A stretch of 64,000 nucleotides of DNA from Escherichia phage EP75. The notes under the pieces were generated by a model, which was not told the origin of the DNA, searched no databases, and saw nothing but the letters and a program-made list of their open reading frames with translations. Each line of letters opens with the position of its first letter. Position 1 is the stretch's first letter. The position numbers were made by a program, and so were the translations under genes. Shown piece by piece: positions 46,329 to 54,933 of the stretch. Location: the sequence record MG748547, one strand, 5' to 3'.

Positions 46329-46553
46329 ATGATTACGATCTATTCCAAACAAGGTTGTGCGCAGTGTTTACAAGCCGAAAACATCTGCCGCATTCGCGGT
46401 ATTGAACACAAGATTCTGAAACTTGATAAAGATTACAAGCTGGAAGAATTACAGAAAATCACTGGTAAACAGCGCATGTCTATGCCCGTGATTGTCCTGG
46501 CTGATCAAACCGTGACCGATGTTACTGGACTCGCCGCAAGTTTAAAACGTTGA
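46329..46553 (+). CDS. nrdC: glutaredoxin/thioredoxin-like protein (NrdC-type)
   Basis: 74 aa with CAQC active-site motif directly downstream of nrdAB. Confidence 0.7.
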   Translation: MITIYSKQGCAQCLQAENICRIRGIEHKILKLDKDYKLEELQKITGKQRMSMPVIVLADQTVTDVTGLAASLKR

Positions 46554-46560
46554 TATTTCA

Positions 46561-46590
46561 AAGCCCCTGATCCAGGGGCTTTACTTTTGA
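46561..46590 (+). terminator. intrinsic terminator
   Basis: AAGCCCCTG-ATC-CAGGGGCTT hairpin followed by TACTTTTG. Confidence 0.65.
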
Positions 46591-46608
46591 AACCTTCCCG
46601 CCTATACT
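46580..46608 (+). promoter_or_regulatory. T4-type early (sigma70-like) promoter
   Basis: -35 TTTACT (46580..46585) overlapping the terminator 3' end, 17-nt spacer, -10 TATACT (46603..46608). Confidence 0.5.
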
Positions 46609-46645
46609 TCCCAGTAATTCATTGGCAAACGCCACAAATTGAACA

Positions 46646-46663
46646 GCAGGAACTATATCATGA
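46646..46663 (+). repeat. conserved translation-initiation repeat (copy 3 of 3)
   Basis: GCAGGAACTATATCATGA, identical to copy 1. Confidence 0.6.
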
Positions 46664-46893
46664 CCAATTCTGAAATATATCATGCTTCTATGCATTATCA
46701 TGACCTACGCGCCCGTCCAGGACACGCCAAACAAAAAGCATTCTGGGTAGCAGAACTCAGATTACGCCGTGCTGTCGTTAACCACCAAATAATCATGAAT
46801 CGGAAAAACGACAAATCACCGTTGTTGGCAGATTCTTATCTTGAACTCCGCACAGCCTATGAACAAGCCAAACAGCACGTAATAGGAGCATAA
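46660..46893 (+). CDS. hypothetical small early protein
   Basis: 78 aa; start within conserved initiation repeat GCAGGAACTATATCATGA. Confidence 0.4.
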   Translation: MTNSEIYHASMHYHDLRARPGHAKQKAFWVAELRLRRAVVNHQIIMNRKNDKSPLLADSYLELRTAYEQAKQHVIGA

Positions 46894-46894
46894 T

Positions 46895-47356
46895 ATGTCC
46901 AACAAATTACTCACCAACCCCCGCCACAACTTTGGTTATATCCAATTACCAGAAGTGATAGACACGTTGTTTGCTGAAGACAAGGAAGAAGTTTGTTGGG
47001 CACCAACGACTCTTATTGAACGTGAAATTTTCAAATCTGAAGTGGATGTGATGTTCCGCATCGGTTCATTCGGAGACCTTCATTATTTGGGAAAAGTGAC
47101 TGAGTTAAAGACCTGTCACGCTCAAAGATTTTTGCGCATTGACACCACTCAATGTGAAGACATTTCATTCAGCATTCTGCGTGAATATGTTCAGGTCAAT
47201 CGCCCTGTGTACCAGCACCGCCCTTACCTGACGTCTATGCATATAGACAATTATATTTCTGACATTCATTTACGTGCATCAACTATCCATGAAGAAGATT
47301 CTGGTATCGCGGTTGATACAGTACTCAATATGATCGTCATTACTTTGGTGCCGTGA
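46895..47356 (+). CDS. hypothetical protein
   Basis: 153-aa ORF, tightly packed after previous gene. Confidence 0.4.
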   Translation: MSNKLLTNPRHNFGYIQLPEVIDTLFAEDKEEVCWAPTTLIEREIFKSEVDVMFRIGSFGDLHYLGKVTELKTCHAQRFLRIDTTQCEDISFSILREYVQVNRPVYQHRPYLTSMHIDNYISDIHLRASTIHEEDSGIAVDTVLNMIVITLVP

Positions 47357-47357
47357 T

Positions 47358-47696
47358 ATGTACAAATTCCCGATATTAGAAACGGTGTACTCTGTTCACA
47401 AAAAGGAAGGTCCATTATTTGAAAATTTGGATATTCTGTTAAAGGAAAATGTCCGTATCCCTCTGGTTCTAAAGGGAAAGCAAATAGGATATAGCCATGA
47501 CTGCCAAATAATGCGTTCTGAAGGCATCGACGTCTTACGCATCCGTCTAACATTTGTGTTGACAGGTGATCTGGACGGTATGGTGGTTAATCTGAAACCA
47601 ACCACCATAGTCCACAGAACGGGTGGGAAAATATTATATCGTTTATTAACTCATTTTGAGATAGTGACAAAATGTTCTGCCACCGACGTTCTTTGA
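47358..47696 (+). CDS. hypothetical protein
   Basis: 112-aa ORF. Confidence 0.4.
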   Translation: MYKFPILETVYSVHKKEGPLFENLDILLKENVRIPLVLKGKQIGYSHDCQIMRSEGIDVLRIRLTFVLTGDLDGMVVNLKPTTIVHRTGGKILYRLLTHFEIVTKCSATDVL

Positions 47697-48077
47697 TCAA
47701 TTTGTCCGTTTCAACCATATGGTATCTGTTATCGGCTCTGGGTTGTTAACCACATAAAAAGTTATGGTTACGCCCAGAGAATGATAATCGTCAGACAATG
47801 ACACATCAACTGATTGTATCTCCGCTCTCGGTTCAAATAAAGCAATCGCGTCTTCAACTTTGTTTTTAACGTCAACCTGAATTGTGGGGTTTGTATTTTC
47901 CCCCAGCATGGTATACAGCCCAGCTCCGATACTTGGGTATGTCGGCCAATCCCCAACAGTCGACATCACGATATTCCGCACGGATTGCAACACGGCATAA
48001 ACACCTGTTTTCTTAGTGACATCTTTGGTGACCGGATGCATGCCAAACTTCAGGTCAATGTCCTTGTACTCTTTCAT
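47697..48077 (-). CDS. 25: baseplate wedge protein (gp25/GPW family)
   Basis: Start at 48077 (MKEYKDIDL) with AAAGGGG SD; YKDIDLKF ... FEPRAEIQSVDVS ... LGVTITFYVVNNPEPI align with T4 gp25. Confidence 0.75.
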   Translation of the reverse strand: MKEYKDIDLKFGMHPVTKDVTKKTGVYAVLQSVRNIVMSTVGDWPTYPSIGAGLYTMLGENTNPTIQVDVKNKVEDAIALFEPRAEIQSVDVSLSDDYHSLGVTITFYVVNNPEPITDTIWLKRTN

Positions 48078-48091
48078 GTTAAACCCCTTTG

Positions 48092-48124
48092 GATATTGCC
48101 TCTCCGGCACGAGAGGGCAATATC
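48092..48124 (-). promoter_or_regulatory. near-perfect inverted repeat (13-14 bp stem) between the gp5-like and gp25-like genes
   Basis: GATATTGCCTCTC-CGGCAC-GAGAGGGCAATATC; no U-tract after it on the coding (-) strand, so more likely an mRNA structural or processing element than a terminator. Confidence 0.4.
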
Positions 48125-48141
48125 TGCCCTCGCCAGTGTAA

Positions 48142-49767
48142 TCATGCGTCTTTACCACCAAAGTTGCCGCCATTATCCTCTAGTTCCGGTTTTATATCAA
48201 TTGGACCAGGACCAGAAGTAGATACTGGAGTTGCCCCAGCGCGTGATGCAGCACGACCAGCACCTTCAGCATATTTGATGTTGCCTTCAATAGTCTGCGC
48301 CACCGACAACTTATCACAAACTATTTCACTAGCCAGTATTTTAGGCACTTTCAAAGTATTGGAAACTTCCAACATCTCGCAGATGATACGCATCACGTTT
48401 TGCGCTTGAATTTCGGCCAGCTGTGAAAATTTCAACAGCGCCGTGCCAGCAACCACATTGGAATAGTTCGATGAATGTAGATGATAGACCTCACCTGTCT
48501 TGCGCTGAACTTCAGTCCCACCAATGGTCAGGTTGTGATCACGACCAACATAGTAACGTTTGTCAAACATCGTCAGATCATAGTGATCTTTAACTGATTT
48601 ATTGACCACGTCCCCGTCAGGAAGCATCTGCTTATAAGACCCCGAGGAGTGCATCCAATGGAGACGTTCCCCGCCTGGTGTGTCATCAACCTCCATAATA
48701 TGTCCCGAACGAGATGCCATGACATTGTTGTAAGGATAACGAGACCCGCCAGCAGAAGGAACCGACACCTCTCCTGTGTTATCAATATCTTGAACACGCC
48801 CAGAAGGAGGCGGAGTTTCCTGAACTTTTGGTGTACGATCAGGGATTGGCTCAGACCATTTACCATTTTGTTGTGTAGGAGCCGCCGATGCTGTCGTAGC
48901 AGGACCAGGCCAACGATAACCCAACACAGATGAGCGGCTGAAGCGACTCACCTTCACAGAATCTGATTGGTTGCCTCCAATACACCAAACATAATTGGCA
49001 TCGAATTTCTGCACGAACGCAACGTGTCCGAATGTTGGGTTGTTGCCACGCCGGAATACAACAACAGCGCCGTAGCGGGGTTCCGACAAAGGGGAACCCC
49101 ATTGCAAATATGAACGAGCCAAAGCCGAGCGCGTTGAAGTGTATCCTGCTTGGATCAACACCCATCCCACAAATGATGCACACCAGCTGACTTCATCTTC
49201 CGAAGCGCCCAAAGATGTTGTCTTGTGATATTCCAAAATCCTTGGGTTATTATTGAATTTACCAGAATATTCTTTGACACCTAATTCACCACGAGCCACT
49301 GTCATCCATTTCTCAGGATCATAACCGTCCACAGGAGGTTGAGGTTCTGGTTGAGGTTCGTCTTCAATCTTGACAGGAACATTTTCAACGGCGTTATATT
49401 TCTGCCTTTCTATAGATTGAACGACCTGGCCCAGCGCCAACGGGTTTGTGTCTGAACCATCTGTTGGTGTCGCCGCTGGCCAAACCCAGGCGATACGAAT
49501 ATTTTGGTATGCTTCATCCAAAGCAAAACCCATAACATCCGACCCGACTGTAATACCCGTTGGAGACCAGCCTAAACCTGCCGAGGAGGCGTTAGATGCT
49601 GGCATGAGCATTTTACCCCAAGGCAATAATTCGGTAGGTAAGAGAGTGGTATCTTCCGTGTGTACACCATAGATGCGCACAGCGACGCGCCCGTTCTGGT
49701 CGGGATCATTCACGTCTTCAACGCGCCCGTAAAACCAACGCAAGTTGTCTAACATATTGAAACCCAT
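48142..49767 (-). CDS. 5: baseplate central spike (gp5-like) with CHAP/NlpC-P60-like hydrolase domain
   Basis: N-terminus LRWFYGRVEDVNDPDQNGRVAVRIYGVHT aligns with T4 gp5 OB domain; central WCASFVGWV ... GHVAFV resembles a Cys-His peptidase rather than T4 lysozyme; Gly/Ser-rich C-terminus. Confidence 0.75.
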   Translation of the reverse strand: MGFNMLDNLRWFYGRVEDVNDPDQNGRVAVRIYGVHTEDTTLLPTELLPWGKMLMPASNASSAGLGWSPTGITVGSDVMGFALDEAYQNIRIAWVWPAATPTDGSDTNPLALGQVVQSIERQKYNAVENVPVKIEDEPQPEPQPPVDGYDPEKWMTVARGELGVKEYSGKFNNNPRILEYHKTTSLGASEDEVSWCASFVGWVLIQAGYTSTRSALARSYLQWGSPLSEPRYGAVVVFRRGNNPTFGHVAFVQKFDANYVWCIGGNQSDSVKVSRFSRSSVLGYRWPGPATTASAAPTQQNGKWSEPIPDRTPKVQETPPPSGRVQDIDNTGEVSVPSAGGSRYPYNNVMASRSGHIMEVDDTPGGERLHWMHSSGSYKQMLPDGDVVNKSVKDHYDLTMFDKRYYVGRDHNLTIGGTEVQRKTGEVYHLHSSNYSNVVAGTALLKFSQLAEIQAQNVMRIICEMLEVSNTLKVPKILASEIVCDKLSVAQTIEGNIKYAEGAGRAASRAGATPVSTSGPGPIDIKPELEDNGGNFGGKDA

Positions 49768-49788
49768 TAGTCAATTAGAATCATGGGT

Positions 49789-49796
49789 TATTTATG
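49789..49796 (-). promoter_or_regulatory. late-like promoter box (CATAAATA on - strand)
   Basis: Plus-strand TATTTATG; 22 nt upstream of the gp5-like start codon on the - strand. Confidence 0.35.
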
Positions 49797-50090
49797 GCGG
49801 GGATTTGAAATCTGTCGAATAGTAATATTATAGGAAGCTCTGCTTCCGTTCAACTTTATTCTTTTCATTTCTACTCGCTGAAGCTCGTAACACCGCCTTG
49901 ACAGGCAGTCCCATTCCAATGCCATGGAGGCATAAAGGCGAGGAAAATACTGTACACCTCAGAACATGCGTAGAAAAGGATTATTTTTGCTTCAAAACAA
50001 ATTCAAACCCCAATTTACACAACACTTACTTCAGCAACAACGGTTTTATAGCAATTTAAGGTTAAACGTTCCTGTCTTAACCTATAAAAC

Positions 50091-50125
50091 AGTTAAGCAA
50101 AGAAAACCCCACATTACGTGGGGTT
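50091..50125 (-). terminator. intrinsic terminator (- strand)
   Basis: AACCCCAC...GTGGGGTT hairpin; on the - strand it is followed by TTTTCTTTGCTT; downstream of the - strand gene 50275..51078. Confidence 0.55.
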
Positions 50126-50274
50126 GGAAGATTTCTTAGACAATCGGATCTTCAGTGTCTCTGTTAGCAAATCAAGATGCCAAGGCATCGACTCGCTTAT
50201 TTCAAATATGCTATAGCCATGTGCCTTTAATTCGTCACACATCACAAAGTAGGAGAGTAAATCAATTTCAAAAA

Positions 50275-51078
50275 TTAAATGAAAATTTCAGTGACACTGT
50301 TAAATTTGACTTCGTGTTCTTTCCCACACGAAGGACATTTAATTTTCGTCGCGTAACGGATACGAGGAATCTTTTTAAAGAAATCGTCGGATATATCTTG
50401 AACAATCTCAGATTCAATATTTTCCCCCACCCATTTAATGAATTCATCCTTGACACGTTGACGTTCTTTAGCAACATCGGGAGATATGCCAGGCTCTGCT
50501 GGATTCTCTACTTTCCAAACCTGACCATCATCGTCATACAAACAATCAATAAAGGTCGCGATCATTTGCTCCACAGATGATGCTTCGTTGAGCACTGAGG
50601 CGTCCGAGAAGGACGGTTGACGCATCTTGATGTGATAGCCACCAGGGAGGTCAAATGTTTCCCTGAAGCCTTCTGGGGACACGCATTTCACTTGGTTGAG
50701 GGGGATCGGTAAAACAAGTTCTTGACCGCATTCTTTAAGGCCAGAAACTGGTTCTTCGCCTTCATCTGTGGCAGCTGGAACTTTGTTGTTGCATTTGTAA
50801 CGTATCTTCATGATCTCACCGATAGATATACAGCGCATCTTTAAAAATACTTCTTCAGTAACACCGATCGGCAGTTTACTAAAGGGAACCCCAGCGTCAA
50901 CACAACTATCAAATAGTTGCTCCAGCGTCGCCACACGTTCACTCATAGGAGTGTTCGGATCAGCAACCTGAAGTAACATGGTCTGTTGCCCTGCTGTGAA
51001 GGCGCGGTATTTGATCACAGTCGGCCAGAAATCACTTTTATGTGTTCTCTCAGTTTTGGGCAATGATGGTAAATTCAT
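50275..51078 (-). CDS. hypothetical late protein, probably virion/baseplate-associated
   Basis: 267 aa on - strand immediately upstream of gp5-like gene; C-terminal CPSCG zinc-ribbon-like motif; exact late box upstream. Confidence 0.5.
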   Translation of the reverse strand: MNLPSLPKTERTHKSDFWPTVIKYRAFTAGQQTMLLQVADPNTPMSERVATLEQLFDSCVDAGVPFSKLPIGVTEEVFLKMRCISIGEIMKIRYKCNNKVPAATDEGEEPVSGLKECGQELVLPIPLNQVKCVSPEGFRETFDLPGGYHIKMRQPSFSDASVLNEASSVEQMIATFIDCLYDDDGQVWKVENPAEPGISPDVAKERQRVKDEFIKWVGENIESEIVQDISDDFFKKIPRIRYATKIKCPSCGKEHEVKFNSVTEIFI

Positions 51079-51106
51079 AATGTATCTCCACGGTATATTG
51101 TAATTG

Positions 51107-51114
51107 TATTTATA
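51107..51114 (-). promoter_or_regulatory. T4-type late promoter box TATAAATA (- strand)
   Basis: Plus-strand TATTTATA; 29 nt upstream of the start of gene 50275..51078 on the - strand; divergent from + gene starting at 51128. Confidence 0.5.
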
Positions 51115-51127
51115 ACGAGGACTGAAA

Positions 51128-51652
51128 ATGCACGCGTTCTGTTTCAGTAAAGTGGGGGAGCAACTCGCAATTAATTATCCGGATGCAAACACGGACTTTT
51201 TTGTATTACTCACAGATTTTGCAAATAAATTGGGGATAAAGAATGTCGCCATGACCGTGTCCGATATGAAATTCGGGTGGCTGGGAGTTAAAGATTTATT
51301 GAATTATGGTTTCAATGTGATTATCGTTGATCCAACGTACAGCCCAATTGAAGAGGATGATGTTATTCCGGTTTGGGTGCAACGAGATATTAACACCCTG
51401 GACAAACACTATCCGGATTGTATCATCATCGGTGAATTAATACCGTATTTTCATAAACGTCGTCGGCTTGAATCAATTAAAAGTTATTTTCAAGATAGCG
51501 ATGACGGATATAAAATGGATGTCCTTACGAGCGGTTGGGTTGTGAAGAATACCACAGGCAACGCCGACCGAATTACTTCTCGTCTTTATGAATATGTTAA
51601 AGAACGGGATTATGAACTGGAGAACAATAATGCCAAACGTAGAACGCGCTGA
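51128..51652 (+). CDS. hypothetical protein
   Basis: 174-aa ORF with GAGGA SD. Confidence 0.45.
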   Translation: MHAFCFSKVGEQLAINYPDANTDFFVLLTDFANKLGIKNVAMTVSDMKFGWLGVKDLLNYGFNVIIVDPTYSPIEEDDVIPVWVQRDINTLDKHYPDCIIIGELIPYFHKRRRLESIKSYFQDSDDGYKMDVLTSGWVVKNTTGNADRITSRLYEYVKERDYELENNNAKRRTR

Positions 51653-52115
51653 TATCCAGCAAGTACAAAAAGTTATCCTTCAACGCCTCCGTGCTGTTAT
51701 CACAAATGAAAAGGGAGAAATTGCGCCAGGGTTTGAAGGCGCATTCGACGGTTTCGTTGCCGATGATCAGGGGAACCCCGTTGTACAAACGATCGCTGGC
51801 ATGATTATGCTGAATAGCGAATTTATGGCTGATGGTAAAATCCATTATTCTCCCAATCTCAGTGTTGACGGAGAATCTTTGGCTTCCGAAGTGGTTGATT
51901 TAACGGTTGCCGTTGGTGAGTTGGGTTATGTTTTGATGGTTTGCACCGCGCATTATGTGGACGCCAACGGCCATGTGTCGTATGGTGATGAGGCGCGAGG
52001 GATCAAACGTCATGTGGACACTTCTGCATTACTGCAACAGATACGTCAGATGCAAGAAGAAATGGACTCCAAACCTCGCCTGATTTTACCGGAAAGCAAA
52101 ATCGTCACCAGATAA
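51630..52115 (+). CDS. hypothetical protein
   Basis: ATG at 51630 with GGAG SD; overlaps previous gene by 23 nt. Confidence 0.4.
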   Translation: MPNVERADIQQVQKVILQRLRAVITNEKGEIAPGFEGAFDGFVADDQGNPVVQTIAGMIMLNSEFMADGKIHYSPNLSVDGESLASEVVDLTVAVGELGYVLMVCTAHYVDANGHVSYGDEARGIKRHVDTSALLQQIRQMQEEMDSKPRLILPESKIVTR

Positions 52116-52127
52116 TCCGGTCTAAAT

Positions 52128-52164
52128 ACCCATAACACAATGAAACTTCGTTATGGGTATTTTT
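52128..52164 (+). terminator. intrinsic terminator
   Basis: ACCCATAAC...GTTATGGGT hairpin followed by ATTTTT, ending immediately before the ATG at 52165. Confidence 0.5.
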
Positions 52165-52764
52165 ATGAAATTTTGCGGAATCGACTATTCTTACGGCTGT
52201 CCAGCCATGTGCTTCTGGGACGACAAAGATCCTCTGGATTTTGATCATCTTCATTTCTATGCACATCATACCGTTGAGAAGCACTGTCGTCAAGTGCGAC
52301 ACAATATTCTTATTTTACGTCAACCCAAATATGAATCCCCCGAAGAACGGTTTTATAACATTTCCAAATGGGCTGAAGCCGTACTTCTTACAGAGAAGCC
52401 GGATTTCATCACCCTAGAAGGCTATGCTATGGGGAATTCAAAAAACTCCAACAACATATGCCAAACCGCCGAGAACACATCTCTATTGAAACAAGCGATG
52501 CGCCGTAACAATATGGAATTTCAGATTGTTACCCCGTCTTTTGTTAAGAAACATTTTTGTGGTAAAGGAAATGCCGACAAATTGGTCATGATAGATCACT
52601 TTGAGAAGCTGTTCAACGTTAAGATGCGTGGTATAATGGACATGTTGGACGTGAAGGATCCAAAGCCTATCGATGATCTTGTAGACTCATTCGCAAACAT
52701 GGTGTCTGGACCTTACTTCATAGAAAATTATCCCGATTTCAATAGAGGTGTAAGAAATGATTAA
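52165..52764 (+). CDS. hypothetical protein, possible RuvC-like/RNase H-fold nuclease
   Basis: 200 aa; FCGIDYSYG ... ITLEGYAMG pattern weakly resembles the RuvC/A22 resolvase fold; low confidence. Confidence 0.35.
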   Translation: MKFCGIDYSYGCPAMCFWDDKDPLDFDHLHFYAHHTVEKHCRQVRHNILILRQPKYESPEERFYNISKWAEAVLLTEKPDFITLEGYAMGNSKNSNNICQTAENTSLLKQAMRRNNMEFQIVTPSFVKKHFCGKGNADKLVMIDHFEKLFNVKMRGIMDMLDVKDPKPIDDLVDSFANMVSGPYFIENYPDFNRGVRND

Positions 52765-53053
52765 TTACTGGCTGTTGGCAGACATACTGCTTTTCGCCTT
52801 GCTGTTGATAACGGCATTTATTTGGGTTAAGGGATTCTTGACATTCCTTCATTCATTAAGTGCCATGGTATCTTTCTATGCGGTTTCGCCACATAGTGAC
52901 GTCAATGTAAGAGCTGCAAATCAATCTGATATGTTGGCCGAATATGTTTTGCTGCGTGACAAAGCAATCAGGATTGTCCTGTTTTCTACGCTGGTGGGAG
53001 CAGTTATTATATTTCTGCGACACGTATTGGAGGCGATTCATGCCGTTTTATGA
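52757..53053 (+). CDS. small integral membrane protein
   Basis: 98 aa with three hydrophobic segments. Confidence 0.4.
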   Translation: MINYWLLADILLFALLLITAFIWVKGFLTFLHSLSAMVSFYAVSPHSDVNVRAANQSDMLAEYVLLRDKAIRIVLFSTLVGAVIIFLRHVLEAIHAVL

Positions 53054-53285
53054 TTATGCCTGTACAGGTTGTGGAAATTCGTTTAGTGCTCGAAAATCTT
53101 GTGCTGAACGTCATACACCTGAATTAGAGCCATGTTCTGAATGTGGCGGTGAAATAAAAATGATTATTGGAGCACCAAAGATCGTATCTGGTGTTCGTGG
53201 TCCTCAGTCCGCGCCTGATGGCTTCAAAGACGTTTTGCGTCATATTAAGAAGCAATCAGGGAAGGGGAATACAATCGATGTCTGA
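53040..53285 (+). CDS. FmdB-like zinc-ribbon protein
   Basis: MPFYDYACTGCG ... CSECGG two CxxC pairs typical of the FmdB zinc-ribbon family. Confidence 0.4.
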   Translation: MPFYDYACTGCGNSFSARKSCAERHTPELEPCSECGGEIKMIIGAPKIVSGVRGPQSAPDGFKDVLRHIKKQSGKGNTIDV

Positions 53286-53520
53286 TCAACAAATAGCACA
53301 AGTGCTCACACCAGATTCTTTTTCCGAATTGGTGTTGATGAGAGCAAGCCAACGCAAGGAATCAATCCTTGAAACGATGGCCAGTGTTTGTGAAGAGTAT
53401 GACATCGAAGAAGCAAAGGTCAAAAAATTGATCACGCCTCCTCTTCTGTCAAGGCTAACAGCTGAATGTTCTGATGCTCGGTTGTTGAAGGGTGAATTGA
53501 AATCTAAAAAACTCATTTAA
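53278..53520 (+). CDS. hypothetical small protein
   Basis: 80 aa; ATG at 53278 overlapping previous stop. Confidence 0.35.
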   Translation: MSDQQIAQVLTPDSFSELVLMRASQRKESILETMASVCEEYDIEEAKVKKLITPPLLSRLTAECSDARLLKGELKSKKLI

Positions 53521-53529
53521 GGTTGTAAC

Positions 53530-53769
53530 ATGAGCAAAGAGCAAATCTATAAAATGTTGAAGGCGCAAGAGTATCTGCCAGGTTCTATCCGCTGGCGGCA
53601 CGGTAGCCTCAATGAACATGCTGATGATATGGATCGTGTACGTTACACGACGCCGGAAGGTAAATCCTATGTCATCGAATACCATACATTCTTGGAAGGG
53701 CACAAAACCTTCTCAGATGTGTACGATATTATTGAAATAGACCCAGCAAAACAAATGATTGCGGGTTAA
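53530..53769 (+). CDS. hypothetical small protein
   Basis: 79-aa ORF. Confidence 0.35.
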   Translation: MSKEQIYKMLKAQEYLPGSIRWRHGSLNEHADDMDRVRYTTPEGKSYVIEYHTFLEGHKTFSDVYDIIEIDPAKQMIAG

Positions 53770-53793
53770 CTCAATAGCAAAACGCAGTATAAT
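53766..53793 (+). promoter_or_regulatory. sigma70-like promoter upstream of gene 32
   Basis: -35 TTAACT, 16-nt spacer, -10 TATAAT; followed by GCCC-GAAG-GGGC hairpin in the leader. Confidence 0.35.
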
Positions 53794-53865
53794 TACACCG
53801 TCGGAATAATTGACAAATACATTTACAGAATAGCCCGAAGGGGCGGATTATAGAGGAATATTAAA

Positions 53866-54897
53866 ATGGGTAATTTATTTGATCGTCTTAAACAATCTCG
53901 TGGCCAACAAGCCGAAGCTATGCAACAGCGACTCGCTCAGCAAGGCCAGCGTGTTGGTGGCGGTCGTGACCCACGCATCTGGAAGTGGACCTGGAATGAC
54001 AAGGGTACTTCTGAAAACATCATTCGTTTCCTGCCGATCCCTTTGGTGGACATGAAGGCTCAAGAAGAAGGCACCATCCCTGAAGATGCTGTGTTAACTC
54101 CGTGTGCCATGATCATGAAACACGCATTCCAGGGCGCTGGTGGTTGGTATATCGAAAACTCTCCACAGACTTTCGGTAACGATGATCCTGTTCGTGACCA
54201 TGACCGTCCTCTGTGGGCACAACAGAAAGAAACGAATGATGAAAAGCTGAAAACAGTTCTCAAAAAACGTCTGCCGGACACCAAATACTACGCCAACATC
54301 CTGGTGATCAAAGATGGCAACAATCCGGAAAACAACGGCAAGGTCTTCTTGCTTGAGTTCGGTAATGCCGTCAAGAAAATCCTGGATTCGGCTCAGAATC
54401 CTAAGTTCTCAACTGACCCTAAATTCGACCCGTTCGATATGTGGGAAGGCGCGAACCTGATTCTGAACCTCTTTGGCGAAGAGAAAGAGTTCGGCAACTG
54501 GAAAGGTCTGGTGGCCAACTTCACCAATGTGAAGTGGGATACTCCGGCACCTTTGGGGACAGACGAATACATTGAAGAGATCTGGGAAAAAGAGCACAGC
54601 TTGTTTGAGTTCTTTAATCCGGCCAACTTCAAATCGTACGAAGATCTGGAAAAACGTTTGCGCAAAGTTCTGGCCATCCCTGATAATCAGCCTCTGGTTG
54701 AAGGTGGTGCTTCTACTATGGCGCATGCGCCTACCCAGTCTCAGGAACCCCAGCGCCCAACAGCGCAGGAAAGTCTGAACCAACAACAATCTCAGCCTTC
54801 TAATGCACAGCAATCTGTTCCAGCCAATAATGGTGGTGCCGATGCGAAACAGACGGCTTCCATTGATGAGTTCGAGCAGTTCCTGAAGCAAGACTAA
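53866..54897 (+). CDS. 32: single-stranded DNA-binding protein (gp32-like)
   Basis: NIIRFLPIP, YYANILVIKDGNNPENNGKVFLLEFG and MWEGANLILNL align with T4 gp32; acidic Gln-rich C-terminal tail. Confidence 0.9.
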   Translation: MGNLFDRLKQSRGQQAEAMQQRLAQQGQRVGGGRDPRIWKWTWNDKGTSENIIRFLPIPLVDMKAQEEGTIPEDAVLTPCAMIMKHAFQGAGGWYIENSPQTFGNDDPVRDHDRPLWAQQKETNDEKLKTVLKKRLPDTKYYANILVIKDGNNPENNGKVFLLEFGNAVKKILDSAQNPKFSTDPKFDPFDMWEGANLILNLFGEEKEFGNWKGLVANFTNVKWDTPAPLGTDEYIEEIWEKEHSLFEFFNPANFKSYEDLEKRLRKVLAIPDNQPLVEGGASTMAHAPTQSQEPQRPTAQESLNQQQSQPSNAQQSVPANNGGADAKQTASIDEFEQFLKQD

Positions 54898-54904
54898 TTT
54901 CGCT

Positions 54905-54933
54905 AAAGCCCCTTCGGGGGCTTTTTAGTTTTT
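54905..54933. terminator. bidirectional intrinsic terminator between convergent genes
   Basis: AAAGCCCC-TTCG-GGGGCTTT with T-tract on + strand and A-tract upstream, serving both gene 32 and the - strand gene. Confidence 0.65.

Noticed and set aside
50155-50580. 141-aa ORF on + strand in the long non-coding region
   Set aside because: Overlaps the terminator hairpin and the 3' end of the - strand gene 50275..51078; no SD; low-complexity translation; more likely non-coding.
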